DNA of 64,000 nucleotides from an uncultured Candidatus Saccharibacteria bacterium (GTDB taxonomy: Bacteria; Patescibacteriota; Saccharimonadia; Saccharimonadales; Saccharimonadaceae), in assembly GCA_963522835.1 (NCBI GenBank), contig CAUQZB010000007.1, positions 23,926-87,925 of the forward strand, in the 5' to 3' direction. The notes under the pieces are model-generated. The model worked only from the letters and a program-made list of their open reading frames with translations. It did not search any database and was not told the DNA's origin. Positions 8,611 through 18,442 of this stretch are shown here, piece by piece (position 1 is the stretch's first letter; each line of letters opens with the position of its first letter). Position numbers and translations under genes: made by a program.

Positions 8611-8636
8611 TATAGTACAAATCGATTTGTACTATA
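8611..8636. promoter_or_regulatory. 26-bp perfect palindrome TATAGTACAAATCGATTTGTACTATA (candidate operator or divergent -10 boxes)
   Basis: The sequence equals its own reverse complement over 26 bp. Each arm begins with TATAGT. On the minus strand TTTCAT lies 17 nt upstream (8659-8654). Confidence 0.4.
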
Positions 8637-8757
8637 TGTTGGGAGGGGAAAACATGAAAAAATGGTGGCTAAAGTAGGAAAATATTATGCAAACCAATGT
8701 ACTGTGACACCAAGGCAAAAACTTCCGTCAGCGAAGCAGCAAACGATTTAGTGGACG

Positions 8758-9804
8758 CTACTTACCGTCCACCTTCGTCCAATCCGTCGCGAGGTCAAAG
8801 CCATGTGGGTGTTTAGTGGCAAAGCTACCAGTATCGTACACTTTGCCTGGACCCATGCTTGTTTCAACCACTGAGCAGCGTGGGTAGTTGCTATAATTCG
8901 CCGCCACGAGGATGTAGCCGTCTTTATCGACCTTAGCCCCATCACCGCGAATGGTGTAAGTGCCGCCACCACAGTTACGCATGGCGACGTTCATCGGCAA
9001 ATCGTAGTATGTCTCGCGGTGGCTCACCCCTTTGCTGTCAGTAAAGTGATGTGCACCCTTGCTCTTCGTCAATGGATTCTTAGGCTTTGTCCCGACTATT
9101 TCTACTTGCGCAGTTGGCTGCTTTACCACTGTTTGCGCCGTCAAGCGACGTTGCACCTCAGTACCATCCTTCATCTCAACCGTATAAGTTAAGCGACTAA
9201 CACCTGGCTGGCCAGCCTGCTTGATTGTTTTGCTACCGATGAATTGCTGCTTGTCTTTGATCGTCTCAGTCGCAAATGCAATCGGCTCCTCCACTGTCAC
9301 TGTATGTGTTGGTGCGCGGTGAATAGTCATCATCTCACTTGGCCCATCCAGTGCAATATTACCAGGTGTTTGGAAGGTCGTAGTATCCTCGCGGTAGAGC
9401 GCCATGCCGGCCGCCTTGGCAATATCCTGCGGCGTTTGCGCTGCGGTGAGCACACGAGAACGCTTCTTACCATCTATTACAGTGACTAACCGAGCACGCT
9501 GGATTATCACTGTTGGTGCTGCCTGCGCAAGCGACGCATCAAGGTGAGGTGAGACGGAGTCGTGCGAGGCATCAATCTTCATACCCGAGGTAGCGATGAG
9601 CTCCCGCACAGACGAAGCAGTCGAGTAGACGGCACGCTCTCGACCATTATCCACTACAGTAACCAGTCGAGCTGGCACTGCTGCTGGGCTCTGAGCCGAA
9701 GCATAGCTTGCCACGATAAGACCGCTTATGACACTCAGCCCCAGCAAGCAGGCAATCATCGGTTGACGATGCTGCCACAGACGATAGAGGCTCTTCGTAA
9801 TCAT
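8758..9804 (-). CDS. DUF348/G5-domain cell-wall protein with a C-terminal 3D (YabE-like, RlpA/MltA-type barrel) domain
   Basis: N-terminal TM, repeated DUF348-like segments, G5-like TYTVEMKDGTEVQRRLTAQTVVKQPTAQVEIVGTK, and a C-terminal ...ETYYDLPMN...GYILVAANYSNYPRCSVVETSMGPGKVYDTG typical of the 3D domain. Adjacent to ksgA/rsmA, as yabE is in Bacillus. Confidence 0.8.
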   Translation of the reverse strand: MITKSLYRLWQHRQPMIACLLGLSVISGLIVASYASAQSPAAVPARLVTVVDNGRERAVYSTASSVRELIATSGMKIDASHDSVSPHLDASLAQAAPTVIIQRARLVTVIDGKKRSRVLTAAQTPQDIAKAAGMALYREDTTTFQTPGNIALDGPSEMMTIHRAPTHTVTVEEPIAFATETIKDKQQFIGSKTIKQAGQPGVSRLTYTVEMKDGTEVQRRLTAQTVVKQPTAQVEIVGTKPKNPLTKSKGAHHFTDSKGVSHRETYYDLPMNVAMRNCGGGTYTIRGDGAKVDKDGYILVAANYSNYPRCSVVETSMGPGKVYDTGSFATKHPHGFDLATDWTKVDGK

Positions 9805-9825
9805 CTCGTTCTCTTAGCTAGGCTG

Positions 9826-11034
9826 CTAGCGGTAGATGTCTTGCAGCCCCATCTTATTCTTACATGTTGGCCAGGGTTGCCAGCCACGACGCTGGTACGT
9901 TTCCCAGGCTTTTTGGTCTTGGACCTCTGGTGGTGCTTCCGCTGCATTGGCATAGCCACCAAAACCACCCCAGGTCTTGATGTCAAATTGATACGCACCG
10001 TAATAACCATTGCCAGTGTTGGAGGTGTAACCCCCTTCGCAGCTACGTAGCTTCGCTAGTGCCCCCGCAAAGTCACCACTAAAGGTAGTATCGACCGACT
10101 TCTTCTTCGTCCCAACGATCTCGACCCGGTTGACTGGCTCTTGCGTTACCACACTACTGAGCTGCTTGCGCGACTCTTCGCGGCCATTCTTCATAATAAT
10201 CTCGTATGTCACGGCCTTCTTGCCTTTTTTGCCCTCAGTCTTGACTTCTTTTTTGCCACGCTCGCGGTCGGCATCCTTAATCTCCTCCGTCTTGAAGTCA
10301 ACTTCTTCCTCTACTGTGACCGTCTGCTTGCCATTACGCCAGAGCTCTACCGTCATACCAGCCGTTAGTGGTGCGCTAGCTGGCACCGATAGCGTATCAT
10401 CAGCGCCTAGAGTGATTTTCTTGGCCTTGAGCATTGCACCGACCGTCTTCTCCATCGTGTATGCCTGGATGGTTTTGCCATAAAATACAAGGGTAAAGGG
10501 CGTTGCGCGGCGGATCGTCATCACCTCTGCCGCCCCATCAGCAATGATATCGCGCGAGCGAGCCAGCACCGCTTGGTCTTCATCGTGCAGTGGAATACCC
10601 GCCTGCTCTGCAATCTGCTTGCCTGTGCGATAAGCGGTAATAAGCTTCGTATCTGCCCCGCCATCGCGGATCACCACTGGCCGCGCTCGATAGATGTTTA
10701 CTTCGTACGAGGCGCTCTCTAGCGGTGTATCAAGCTCGGGCTCGGTGCGGTCTTTGTCATCAAGTCGCACATTTGCCTCACGCAACGCATCACGTAAGGT
10801 AGTCGCCTTGGTGTAGAACCCGCGCTTAACCGTGCCTTCGTGCAATGTGATGATATGCTCGCCACTACCTGGCTGGCGCGACGCTGCATGGACGGACGGA
10901 ATCCGCCATAAGCCAATACCAACCAGTGCAACCATACCAGCGATAGCAAGATTGCGTGGCGAGAAAAATTTCAAAAATGGAATAGACTGTATCATAATCT
11001 GCGTAGCAATATACGCTACGATGTAGTATAGCAA
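9826..11034 (-). CDS. RpfB-like resuscitation-promoting-factor protein (DUF348 repeats, G5, Rpf transglycosylase-like domain)
   Basis: N-terminal TM, three DUF348-like repeats, G5 (KAVTYEIIMKNGREESRKQLSSVVTQEPVNRVEIVGTK), and a C-terminal CEGGYTSNTGNGYYGAYQFDIKTW...QDQKAWETYQRRGWQPWPTC that matches the Rpf catalytic domain. Confidence 0.85.
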   Translation of the reverse strand: MLYYIVAYIATQIMIQSIPFLKFFSPRNLAIAGMVALVGIGLWRIPSVHAASRQPGSGEHIITLHEGTVKRGFYTKATTLRDALREANVRLDDKDRTEPELDTPLESASYEVNIYRARPVVIRDGGADTKLITAYRTGKQIAEQAGIPLHDEDQAVLARSRDIIADGAAEVMTIRRATPFTLVFYGKTIQAYTMEKTVGAMLKAKKITLGADDTLSVPASAPLTAGMTVELWRNGKQTVTVEEEVDFKTEEIKDADRERGKKEVKTEGKKGKKAVTYEIIMKNGREESRKQLSSVVTQEPVNRVEIVGTKKKSVDTTFSGDFAGALAKLRSCEGGYTSNTGNGYYGAYQFDIKTWGGFGGYANAAEAPPEVQDQKAWETYQRRGWQPWPTCKNKMGLQDIYR

Positions 11035-11114
11035 AATGTGGGTAAAAAAGCTAGTGGATAGCCCGGAAGAACTCTCCTCGAAACCTCACTATATCAGGGG
11101 TCAGAATGCCGCTA

Positions 11115-12407
11115 CTACTTATGCTCAGCAACCAAACTTCGCACCACTGCCGCGTCATTCCACGGTTGGCGCTGGCCGTTGATGATGCGGAATTGCTCGT
11201 GGCCCATGCCGGTGATGAGAATGGTGTCACCCGCCTGGGCGATGGCGAGCGCCTGGGCAATAGCCTCGCGCCGGTCGGCAATCTCCTTGGTGTAGTCTGC
11301 CCCGCCCGCCTGGTGGATGCCGCGCAGGATTGCCTGGCGAATGCCGGCTGGCTCTTCGTTGTAGCTCTCTTCGTCGGTAACGACAATCTGATCGGCCAGG
11401 CGAGCAGCAATCTCACCCATGATGGGTCGCTTCGCCTTGTCGCGATCGCCCGTCGCACCAAAGACCAAGATGATACGCCGCTTGGTGATAGCCCGCGCTG
11501 AGGTCAGTAGCTTCTCAAGCGCATCAGGAGTATGGGCATAGTCGACTACCACATCGTATGGCGTATCCACCGGCACACGCTCGAAGCGCCCTGGCACGCC
11601 AGTGAGGTTAGCCACGCCCTGGGCAATGTCTGCTGGTGCGACGCCCAGCAATTGGCAAGCAGCCGCTGCAGCTGTCATGTTGTAAATATTAAACACTCCT
11701 GGGAGGTGTGTTGTCAGTGGTAGCTTTGTCGCATCATCAATAAGGACTGTTGCACTGCCACCCTCTTTGCGGGTCGCTGCCTGCGTGATGCGGGCTGTGG
11801 CGGCTGCGTCTTGGCCATAGGTAATCTTCTGCTCGCGCGCCGTGTATTTGTCGAAGAATGGAAACCACTCGTCATCACGGTTGAGCACAATAAAGCGCGG
11901 CTTCCGAGCAAAGAGTTTGCCCTTGGCGGCGGCATAGCGCTCCATCGTCTTGTGGTAGTCGAGGTGGTCTTGGGTGAGGTTAGTCATGATTGCAACGTCA
12001 ATTGGCACACCATCAAGCTTATGTTGATCAAGTGCGTGACTGGTAATCTCTAGCACGACGAAGTCTACGTTGGCTCGCTTAGCCTCAGCAAAGAACTGCT
12101 GCATCCGCGCGGTAGAGCCGACTGTCGCATTGAGGTCGTTGAGCTGGCGCTGACCTGCCACCTCGATCAGTGCCGTGGAAAACATTGCGGTGCGGCGGCC
12201 ACCGGCTTTGAGGATTTCATTGATGTAATTAACAGTGGTCGTCTTGCCATTTGTGCCCGTCACGGCAATAACGCGCAGGTGCTTGGCTGGGTTGCCATAG
12301 CGTGCCGCTACCAGGGCAATGCGGCTCCGCCGATACGCTTCTTCGAGAGTGTGGATCATCGCTGCGGGCAAGAGGCGGCGCAGCTGCTTTACAAGTGTGT
12401 TTTTCAT
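11115..12407 (-). CDS. murE: Mur ligase, most likely UDP-MurNAc-L-Ala-D-Glu:diamino-acid ligase
   Basis: VTGTNGKTTT P-loop, DYAHTPDALEKLL and FGATGDRDKAKRP motifs of MurE-type ligases. The N-terminal domain is short. Confidence 0.8.
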   Translation of the reverse strand: MKNTLVKQLRRLLPAAMIHTLEEAYRRSRIALVAARYGNPAKHLRVIAVTGTNGKTTTVNYINEILKAGGRRTAMFSTALIEVAGQRQLNDLNATVGSTARMQQFFAEAKRANVDFVVLEITSHALDQHKLDGVPIDVAIMTNLTQDHLDYHKTMERYAAAKGKLFARKPRFIVLNRDDEWFPFFDKYTAREQKITYGQDAAATARITQAATRKEGGSATVLIDDATKLPLTTHLPGVFNIYNMTAAAAACQLLGVAPADIAQGVANLTGVPGRFERVPVDTPYDVVVDYAHTPDALEKLLTSARAITKRRIILVFGATGDRDKAKRPIMGEIAARLADQIVVTDEESYNEEPAGIRQAILRGIHQAGGADYTKEIADRREAIAQALAIAQAGDTILITGMGHEQFRIINGQRQPWNDAAVVRSLVAEHK

Positions 12408-12446
12408 TTTTTTAGTATAGCATTTTTTGGCCGATGGCGGGTAGTT

Positions 12447-14594
12447 CTAGGGAGTAATTTTCTCAAGGCGGGCATACTGCACATTAAGCTTCTTGGTAGA
12501 TCCATTTGCAAAGCGCACGCTCACTGCCATGCCATCGATGTCAATCACCTCACCATCGCCAAATTGGAGTGACCGTACCATATCGCCAACCTCATACGGC
12601 ATGACCTCATCGAGCGCATCGTCGTACACTGGTGTAGCTGGTTCGGTATACACCATCGACAGGCTCATGCCCATATCGTCGAGAAAGCGCGATGGGCTGT
12701 TGTAGCTGCGGCTACCAAATTGCAAGCGGCTCTGCGCATAGCTCATATAGAGCTCCTGCCGAGCGCGTGTCATCCCCACATAACAGAGGCGACGCTCTTC
12801 TTCGAGTGCGGCTGGCCCTTCTTCAAGTGCCCTGGCACTAGGAAACAGCCCATCCTCAAGCCCCACCATATACACCACCGGAAACTCCAACCCCTTGGCA
12901 GCATGGAGCGTCATCAGCGTCACGCTGTGCGCACCCGTCGCTTGGTCGGCCGAAGACATAAGCGCAACTTCCTCAAGAAAGTCCGACATACTGGCAAAGG
13001 CCCGCGCATCAGACAGCAGTGCACTGAGGTTAGCCTCGCGATCATCAGCCTGGGGCGAGCCATCAAGAACATAGTCGCGATAGCCCGTCTTGGTAATCAC
13101 ATCATCAATCAGTTGGCTTGGATCAGCCGCGGCCTCGACCTGCGTCTGGAAGCCACGTAGCAACTGGCCCAGCTGTGCGAGAGCAGTCTGCGCCCGCTTC
13201 GTCAGTGTCGCTGCCTGGCTGACATTAACCAGCGCACTAATGATATCGAGCCCACTGGTACTCTGCCAGATGAGAAACTTCTCCAGGCTCGTTGCGCCAA
13301 TCCCCCGCGTTGGTACATTGGCAATCCGGCTAAAGCTCACACGGTCATTTGGCTGATAGATGAGGCGGAGATAGGCCAAGATATCCTTAATCTCCTTACG
13401 ATCATAAAACCGCACCCCACCGACCAACTGGTATGGCACGCGCTGCTGGTTGAAAGCTCGCTCAAAGGCATAGCTCTGGGCGTTGGTGCGATACAAGACA
13501 GCAAAGTCGCTATAGTCGCGCTCACCCATCGCCACCTGCGCAGCAATCTGGCTGGCAATGGTATACGCCTCCTCTGCTTCATCATAGGCAGCTTGCACCT
13601 GCACTGGTGCGCCTGGGCCGGCTGCCGTCCAGAGGGTTTTATCCGTTCGCTGCTGATTTTTGTTAATCACATTGCCAGCAGCTTCGAGAATGGCCCCTGT
13701 CGAGCGATAATTTTGCTCGAGCTTCACCACCAGCGCCCCCGGGAAATCGCGCTCGAAGTTGAGAATATTCGTAAAATCTGCGCCACGCCAGCTATAGATC
13801 GACTGCCAGTCATCTCCTACCACGCAGATATTGCGGCGTGGGTTTACCAGCAGCTTGATGATCTGATACTGCGCAGCATTCGTGTCCTGATATTCGTCAA
13901 CGAGAATATGTTTAAACTGCGCTTGGTAGCGCAGGCGCACTGCTGGGTGATCGCGCAGGAGGCGTACCGTCTCGAGCAGGAGGTCGTCAAAATCGAGCGC
14001 ACCTGCATCAGCCAGCAGCTGCTCATACAACTGGTAGATCTCTGCCACTACCTGCTGGAAGGGAAATCGTGCACTGGCTGCGTAGTCACTGGGCGAGAGG
14101 AGTTGATTCTTAGCTTTGCTAATGGCTGCACTGGCAGCACGCGGTTTGAGCTTGTCTGTACCAACGGAGAGCTGCTTCATCGCTTGTTTGATGAGCCCTT
14201 GACGGTCATCTTCGTCATAAATCACGAAATTTGGTGGAATGCTGATAGCCGCACCATCACGCCGCAATATCCGCACACAAATGCCATGGAATGTCCCCAT
14301 CCACGGCATAAAGGAGCGAGGTGGTTGGTCGGCTGGCGGTGTGTGAGACGAGCTTGCCTGAGTAGGCCCGGCAATCTGCCAGAGGCGCTGACGCATTTCG
14401 CGGGCTGCTTTGTTGGTAAAAGTAACAGCCAAGATTTCATTCGGCCAGACGCCCTGCTCGGTCAGGAGGTAAGCAATGCGGTGTGTGAGCGTTTTTGTCT
14501 TGCCACTGCCCGCCCCTGCAAGAATTAGGACCGGGCCATCAGATGCGACCACTGCCGAGCGCTGAGCGTCATTTAATCCATCGAGTATATCCAT
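12447..14594 (-). CDS. pcrA: ATP-dependent DNA helicase PcrA/UvrD
   Basis: AGAGSGKTKTLTHRIAYL (motif I), VDEYQDTN (motif II), VGDDWQSIYSWRGA, TLHAAKGLEFP and YVGMTRA are SF1 UvrD-family motifs. Confidence 0.93.
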   Translation of the reverse strand: MDILDGLNDAQRSAVVASDGPVLILAGAGSGKTKTLTHRIAYLLTEQGVWPNEILAVTFTNKAAREMRQRLWQIAGPTQASSSHTPPADQPPRSFMPWMGTFHGICVRILRRDGAAISIPPNFVIYDEDDRQGLIKQAMKQLSVGTDKLKPRAASAAISKAKNQLLSPSDYAASARFPFQQVVAEIYQLYEQLLADAGALDFDDLLLETVRLLRDHPAVRLRYQAQFKHILVDEYQDTNAAQYQIIKLLVNPRRNICVVGDDWQSIYSWRGADFTNILNFERDFPGALVVKLEQNYRSTGAILEAAGNVINKNQQRTDKTLWTAAGPGAPVQVQAAYDEAEEAYTIASQIAAQVAMGERDYSDFAVLYRTNAQSYAFERAFNQQRVPYQLVGGVRFYDRKEIKDILAYLRLIYQPNDRVSFSRIANVPTRGIGATSLEKFLIWQSTSGLDIISALVNVSQAATLTKRAQTALAQLGQLLRGFQTQVEAAADPSQLIDDVITKTGYRDYVLDGSPQADDREANLSALLSDARAFASMSDFLEEVALMSSADQATGAHSVTLMTLHAAKGLEFPVVYMVGLEDGLFPSARALEEGPAALEEERRLCYVGMTRARQELYMSYAQSRLQFGSRSYNSPSRFLDDMGMSLSMVYTEPATPVYDDALDEVMPYEVGDMVRSLQFGDGEVIDIDGMAVSVRFANGSTKKLNVQYARLEKITP

Positions 14595-14629
14595 AGTAGC
14601 CTATTATACCGGATGCCGCCACACTGGCG

Positions 14630-17600
14630 CTAGCCAAAGAGCGTGTAATAGACCGCGCCAAGGCCAGCACCAAGCGCCAACAGCATGACAATCCACAGCA
14701 GCCAAATCCAGCCTGCAGCTTGTTCGGGACGGCGGCGCGACTTCTTTGGTGCGCGAGTAAATTCTTCAGCACTGTAGATTGGTGCAACGACATTGCCTTC
14801 ATTCTCTTCCTGGAGTGCTTGGTGGAGGGCGAGCGCAGTGTCGCCATTTTGGGTGGTGGCAGCCGCTTCTTCAATGGTATTGACATGTGCTTGGTCGTTT
14901 GCGGTTGGCTCATCATCCCACTCAGTCTCCACTGTCATTGGCTCGGCTTCGACTCGCTCTGCTTCGCCGTAGTAGTCGATATCCGGCTCACCAGGGCCAG
15001 GCACAGGCAGGCTCAGGTCAATCTCATCTTCTGCAAACTGCGGCCCTATCTCATCGGCCGATACCGCACGAGAATCAGCCTGCTCATCTGGGTAGAGCGA
15101 CTGGTCAGCGCCATAGTGATCCTCTAGCTGGTACATGGGCTCATCATCCGCCGTAGCAGCCTCTGGTGTATCTTGCTCGGGTAGTGGGTAGTGATCATCG
15201 GTCGGATAAAGTGATGGCGCATTCTCGCTCGTGTCTGTCAGTGCATCGATGAATTGCTCAGCCGAGGCATGCTCATCATGCGGCGCAAAAAGATGTGGCG
15301 GTACCGCTGGCTCGTTGGTATCAGCCGGAGCTATGCCGAATGCGCCAGGCTCATCATGATACATCCCCATCGGGGTAGTATCAGCCAATGTTGGCGCATC
15401 ACCCACTAGCGTATCAGCACCACCCAGTGGGCGCTTATCGACCTTGGTCTCGGCATCAGGTAAGAATGGTGTGTAGCTCAGCGGCTTTTCATCGCCAGGC
15501 TGGAGGTCGAGCGCATCTGCAGATGGCGCTCCATCAGGCGTTCCTACATCAGATGCTTTAGCTTCATCACTTGCCGAAGGACTCGATGCTGCTCCTGTGT
15601 AATGCTGCGCTGGCTCATGGCCAGGTGCTGGGCGAATATCCATGCCCACCACTGGTGCACTACTCGTTAGCGGTTCAACCACCGCACCCTGGCGGCGCAC
15701 CCGCGGGCGAGCCGTTTGGGCGGCTGCAGCAACTGGGGCAGCCCCACCCACAATATCCATAAAGCGACCACGCGGACGCTGAATAGATGGAGCAGCTGCT
15801 TGATCATCATTTGGCTCGGTTGGTGCTGTCTCGTCTGCAGCATGCACAGCTGGTGCATCGGCAACCGATGGCTTAGTCTGTTGGTCGGCTGGCTGAGAAA
15901 GCGTAATTGGCACGACATCGGGCGCATTCTTTGGCGTATCCTCCTCTTCTTGCGGAGGTGTTGGTGCATCATTGGTGGGCACCTCAGGGCGAGCAGCAAT
16001 AATCTGCTGCGCCTTAGCTACGACATCATCGGCTGGGGCAAACAGTGGTGTAGCGGGTGCATATAGCTGCTCCGGTTGGCTATAAGGAGTATCTGACAAT
16101 TGCATTGATACCGTATTTTGCACAGTGTCATTCGTATTCTGAGCGACATCGGTTGCATCAATAGCATTCGCTTCCTCTTGCGAGTCGGGCAATGGAATAT
16201 CGAGGTATGGTTCAGGGGTCGCTCGGTGCTCATTATACGTACTCAGCAGCGGCAACGGGCGATCGATGTGAGCTTCTGGCATAGCATCCTCAGTGCGCGT
16301 CCCCTCTGGCTGTGGCGATGGGTTGTCATTAGCCACTGCTGCATCTGGTATGGCGCGCTCGGCCGTTAGTAATTCTGCTGGAGCGACATCATCTACGTGC
16401 GATTGAGTAGATGGAGCAGCGAGTTCATCCTGCCAGGGCATGCCCTCATCACCAAACGACACGTGCTCACTCAGCATATCTGCATCAGCCACCTGAGCTG
16501 CCGTCTGGCTATCATCTGCAACGCTCGTACTGTCTGTTGCCACCTCTGGCCACGCAGGTGTAGCGTGGTCTATATCAGAGGCTTGCACACCTGGTATATT
16601 GCCCGATTCATCATATTGCAGCTCAGGCCAGGCTGGCTCGTCAAGCGACTGGTCAAGCGGCTGTACTACCTCACTATCAGAGGTATCACTACCACTCAGC
16701 GCTACTGGCATATCTGTGCCTGCAGATGTTTCTGGTGCATAGAGCAATTGGTCGTCATTGGCCTCATCGGTATCGCTCACACTGGTTGTATTATCTGGCT
16801 CATCCTGTGGTGTGACGACAGGTACATTATTAGCCGTATACGCATCATCCGCTGGCTCCACTACTACCTCGGCAGGGGGTAGCGAAGTATCACTCTCCTC
16901 CTTTGTTGGTGGCGGGATAACAAGTGGTTGCGGAGCAAAAGCATCATCAAGATCATCAACGACGGATGGTTGCGCCAGCTCAGCATCATCATCGGGCGCC
17001 TGATTCACTTCATTGAGATGGCGGACAAGCGCTTCGTCATCGTCATCGTCATCACCCTCGGCGTCTTCGCCTGCAAATTGGTACGGCATCGTTGGCGTCT
17101 CCGACTCAATTTGCTCAATTGTCGCTGGCGTCTCTTCCTCTGTAGCCGCAGCAGATGTTTCCTCGCTCGCTACGTTGTCGCTCGATATTGATGATGCTAC
17201 ATTATCTGTTTCTGCTGCAGATGCTGGTGTATCTGAATCTGTTGTAGATGCTACATCATCCACCGGTGTCGCCTCGCGGGCTGGTGATGCAACAAACGGC
17301 CGCGCTGCCGACCGGCCAAAGAACTGCGCTCGATCGGTATATGCGTCATCATCCTCGTCGTCGTCATCGCTGGCTGGGGTAATAATATCGTCAGGGTCAA
17401 CTGTTACAACTGCTGCAGGCTGAGATTGAGACGGCATGTCATCTGTCGTCGTCTGCATTGGTGTTGCTGTATCAACAGAGGTCGCTTGAATTGATTCTGC
17501 ATCATCCACCGCATCAGTTTGCTCTAGATTGGCAGGCATCGAAGCCGGTTCGCGCTCCGACGCAACAACCGACTCCGACAGCGCTCGGGCACGGTCAACA

Positions 17601-18025
17601 GCTGGCTCAGGCTCAACTGGCTCATATGACTCCCCTGCTGGCTCTGCTTCGTCCGCTTGTTGCGACAGCGGCATGATCGTCACCCCGCGGCGGCGCACAG
17701 GCATACTGTCAGTATTAGTATCAGAGGTAGCATCAGTGACGGTAGTGCTATCATCAGTCTGCACTGTTTCATCAGTGCTATTAGTATTATCCTGAGTACG
17801 CAGCGTGCTTGCATCTTGTGTGTCGTCGCTTTCCTCAGGACGAGCCGAATCTGCTGCTATTGTTTGCTGGGGCGTTGCAGTTTGGGTGCTTGATGAGGCC
17901 GAATCTTTGCTTGGTGTGGTGGCAGGTGCTTCAGACGGTTTGTCTGGCGTTGTTGGCAGCTGACCAGACTGGCGCATGAGGTCGTGCACCGCGCGGTCGA
18001 GTTCGTCGAAGTCTATATCTGGCAT
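14630..18025 (-). CDS. very large acidic, low-complexity (D/E/T/P/A-rich) protein with a single C-terminal TM helix
   Basis: Uninterrupted ORF of more than 1100 codons. AAAGGAAA lies 7 nt upstream of the ATG at 18025, while the ORF-track start 18055 is a TTG. The C-terminus is KKSRRRPEQAAGWIWLLWIVMLLALGAGLGAVYYTLFG. No signal peptide or catalytic motif. Confidence 0.7.
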   Translation of the reverse strand: MPDIDFDELDRAVHDLMRQSGQLPTTPDKPSEAPATTPSKDSASSSTQTATPQQTIAADSARPEESDDTQDASTLRTQDNTNSTDETVQTDDSTTVTDATSDTNTDSMPVRRRGVTIMPLSQQADEAEPAGESYEPVEPEPAVDRARALSESVVASEREPASMPANLEQTDAVDDAESIQATSVDTATPMQTTTDDMPSQSQPAAVVTVDPDDIITPASDDDDEDDDAYTDRAQFFGRSAARPFVASPAREATPVDDVASTTDSDTPASAAETDNVASSISSDNVASEETSAAATEEETPATIEQIESETPTMPYQFAGEDAEGDDDDDDEALVRHLNEVNQAPDDDAELAQPSVVDDLDDAFAPQPLVIPPPTKEESDTSLPPAEVVVEPADDAYTANNVPVVTPQDEPDNTTSVSDTDEANDDQLLYAPETSAGTDMPVALSGSDTSDSEVVQPLDQSLDEPAWPELQYDESGNIPGVQASDIDHATPAWPEVATDSTSVADDSQTAAQVADADMLSEHVSFGDEGMPWQDELAAPSTQSHVDDVAPAELLTAERAIPDAAVANDNPSPQPEGTRTEDAMPEAHIDRPLPLLSTYNEHRATPEPYLDIPLPDSQEEANAIDATDVAQNTNDTVQNTVSMQLSDTPYSQPEQLYAPATPLFAPADDVVAKAQQIIAARPEVPTNDAPTPPQEEEDTPKNAPDVVPITLSQPADQQTKPSVADAPAVHAADETAPTEPNDDQAAAPSIQRPRGRFMDIVGGAAPVAAAAQTARPRVRRQGAVVEPLTSSAPVVGMDIRPAPGHEPAQHYTGAASSPSASDEAKASDVGTPDGAPSADALDLQPGDEKPLSYTPFLPDAETKVDKRPLGGADTLVGDAPTLADTTPMGMYHDEPGAFGIAPADTNEPAVPPHLFAPHDEHASAEQFIDALTDTSENAPSLYPTDDHYPLPEQDTPEAATADDEPMYQLEDHYGADQSLYPDEQADSRAVSADEIGPQFAEDEIDLSLPVPGPGEPDIDYYGEAERVEAEPMTVETEWDDEPTANDQAHVNTIEEAAATTQNGDTALALHQALQEENEGNVVAPIYSAEEFTRAPKKSRRRPEQAAGWIWLLWIVMLLALGAGLGAVYYTLFG

Positions 18026-18191
18026 GAACGGTTTCCTTTGTTTGTTTTTATACAAGCGCTACAATTTTTGTGTGGTGCACACCAGTCCACACCCTGATAC
18101 AACGAACCGGAGCCTCGTATCGAGTTTTGGATACTACCTCGGTTGTTGATCAATCGTATGCCCACAATGTATCGCTTATGTTGTTTTCTCT

Positions 18192-18220
18192 AGTGTAGCT
18201 TATTTGACATTGTGGCGCAA
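18192..18220 (-). promoter_or_regulatory. candidate promoter TTGCGC-17 nt-TACACT for the acidic-protein gene
   Basis: On the minus strand the -35 TTGCGC is at 18220-18215 and the -10 TACACT at 18197-18192. This would give a ~160-nt leader before ATG 18025. Confidence 0.35.
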
Positions 18221-18442
18221 CTCACCTTGCTCATTTGGTGCGAAGTATCGATGCGCTAATTCGCATACTCATACCATCGTGTTGCACTCTCGGCAATAGC
18301 CTACCTCTGGTCGATTGGCTGATATTTTTGCAAAAGGTACTCATCCTACATGATGTTATTTTTACACTACTTTTTCATATACGCTGTATTATATACAATG
18401 GTACAGTATGCGAAGTTAAACAATTACCTTGCCTTCACCAAT

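Noticed and set aside
14630-18055. Many 60-160-codon ORFs in other frames and on the + strand inside the acidic-protein gene (for example 16397..16882 and 17013..17423).
   Set aside because: They are shadow ORFs created by the strong compositional bias of the GAx/ACx/GCx-rich coding frame. They encode Ser/Cys/Leu/Arg-rich nonsense and lack start signals.
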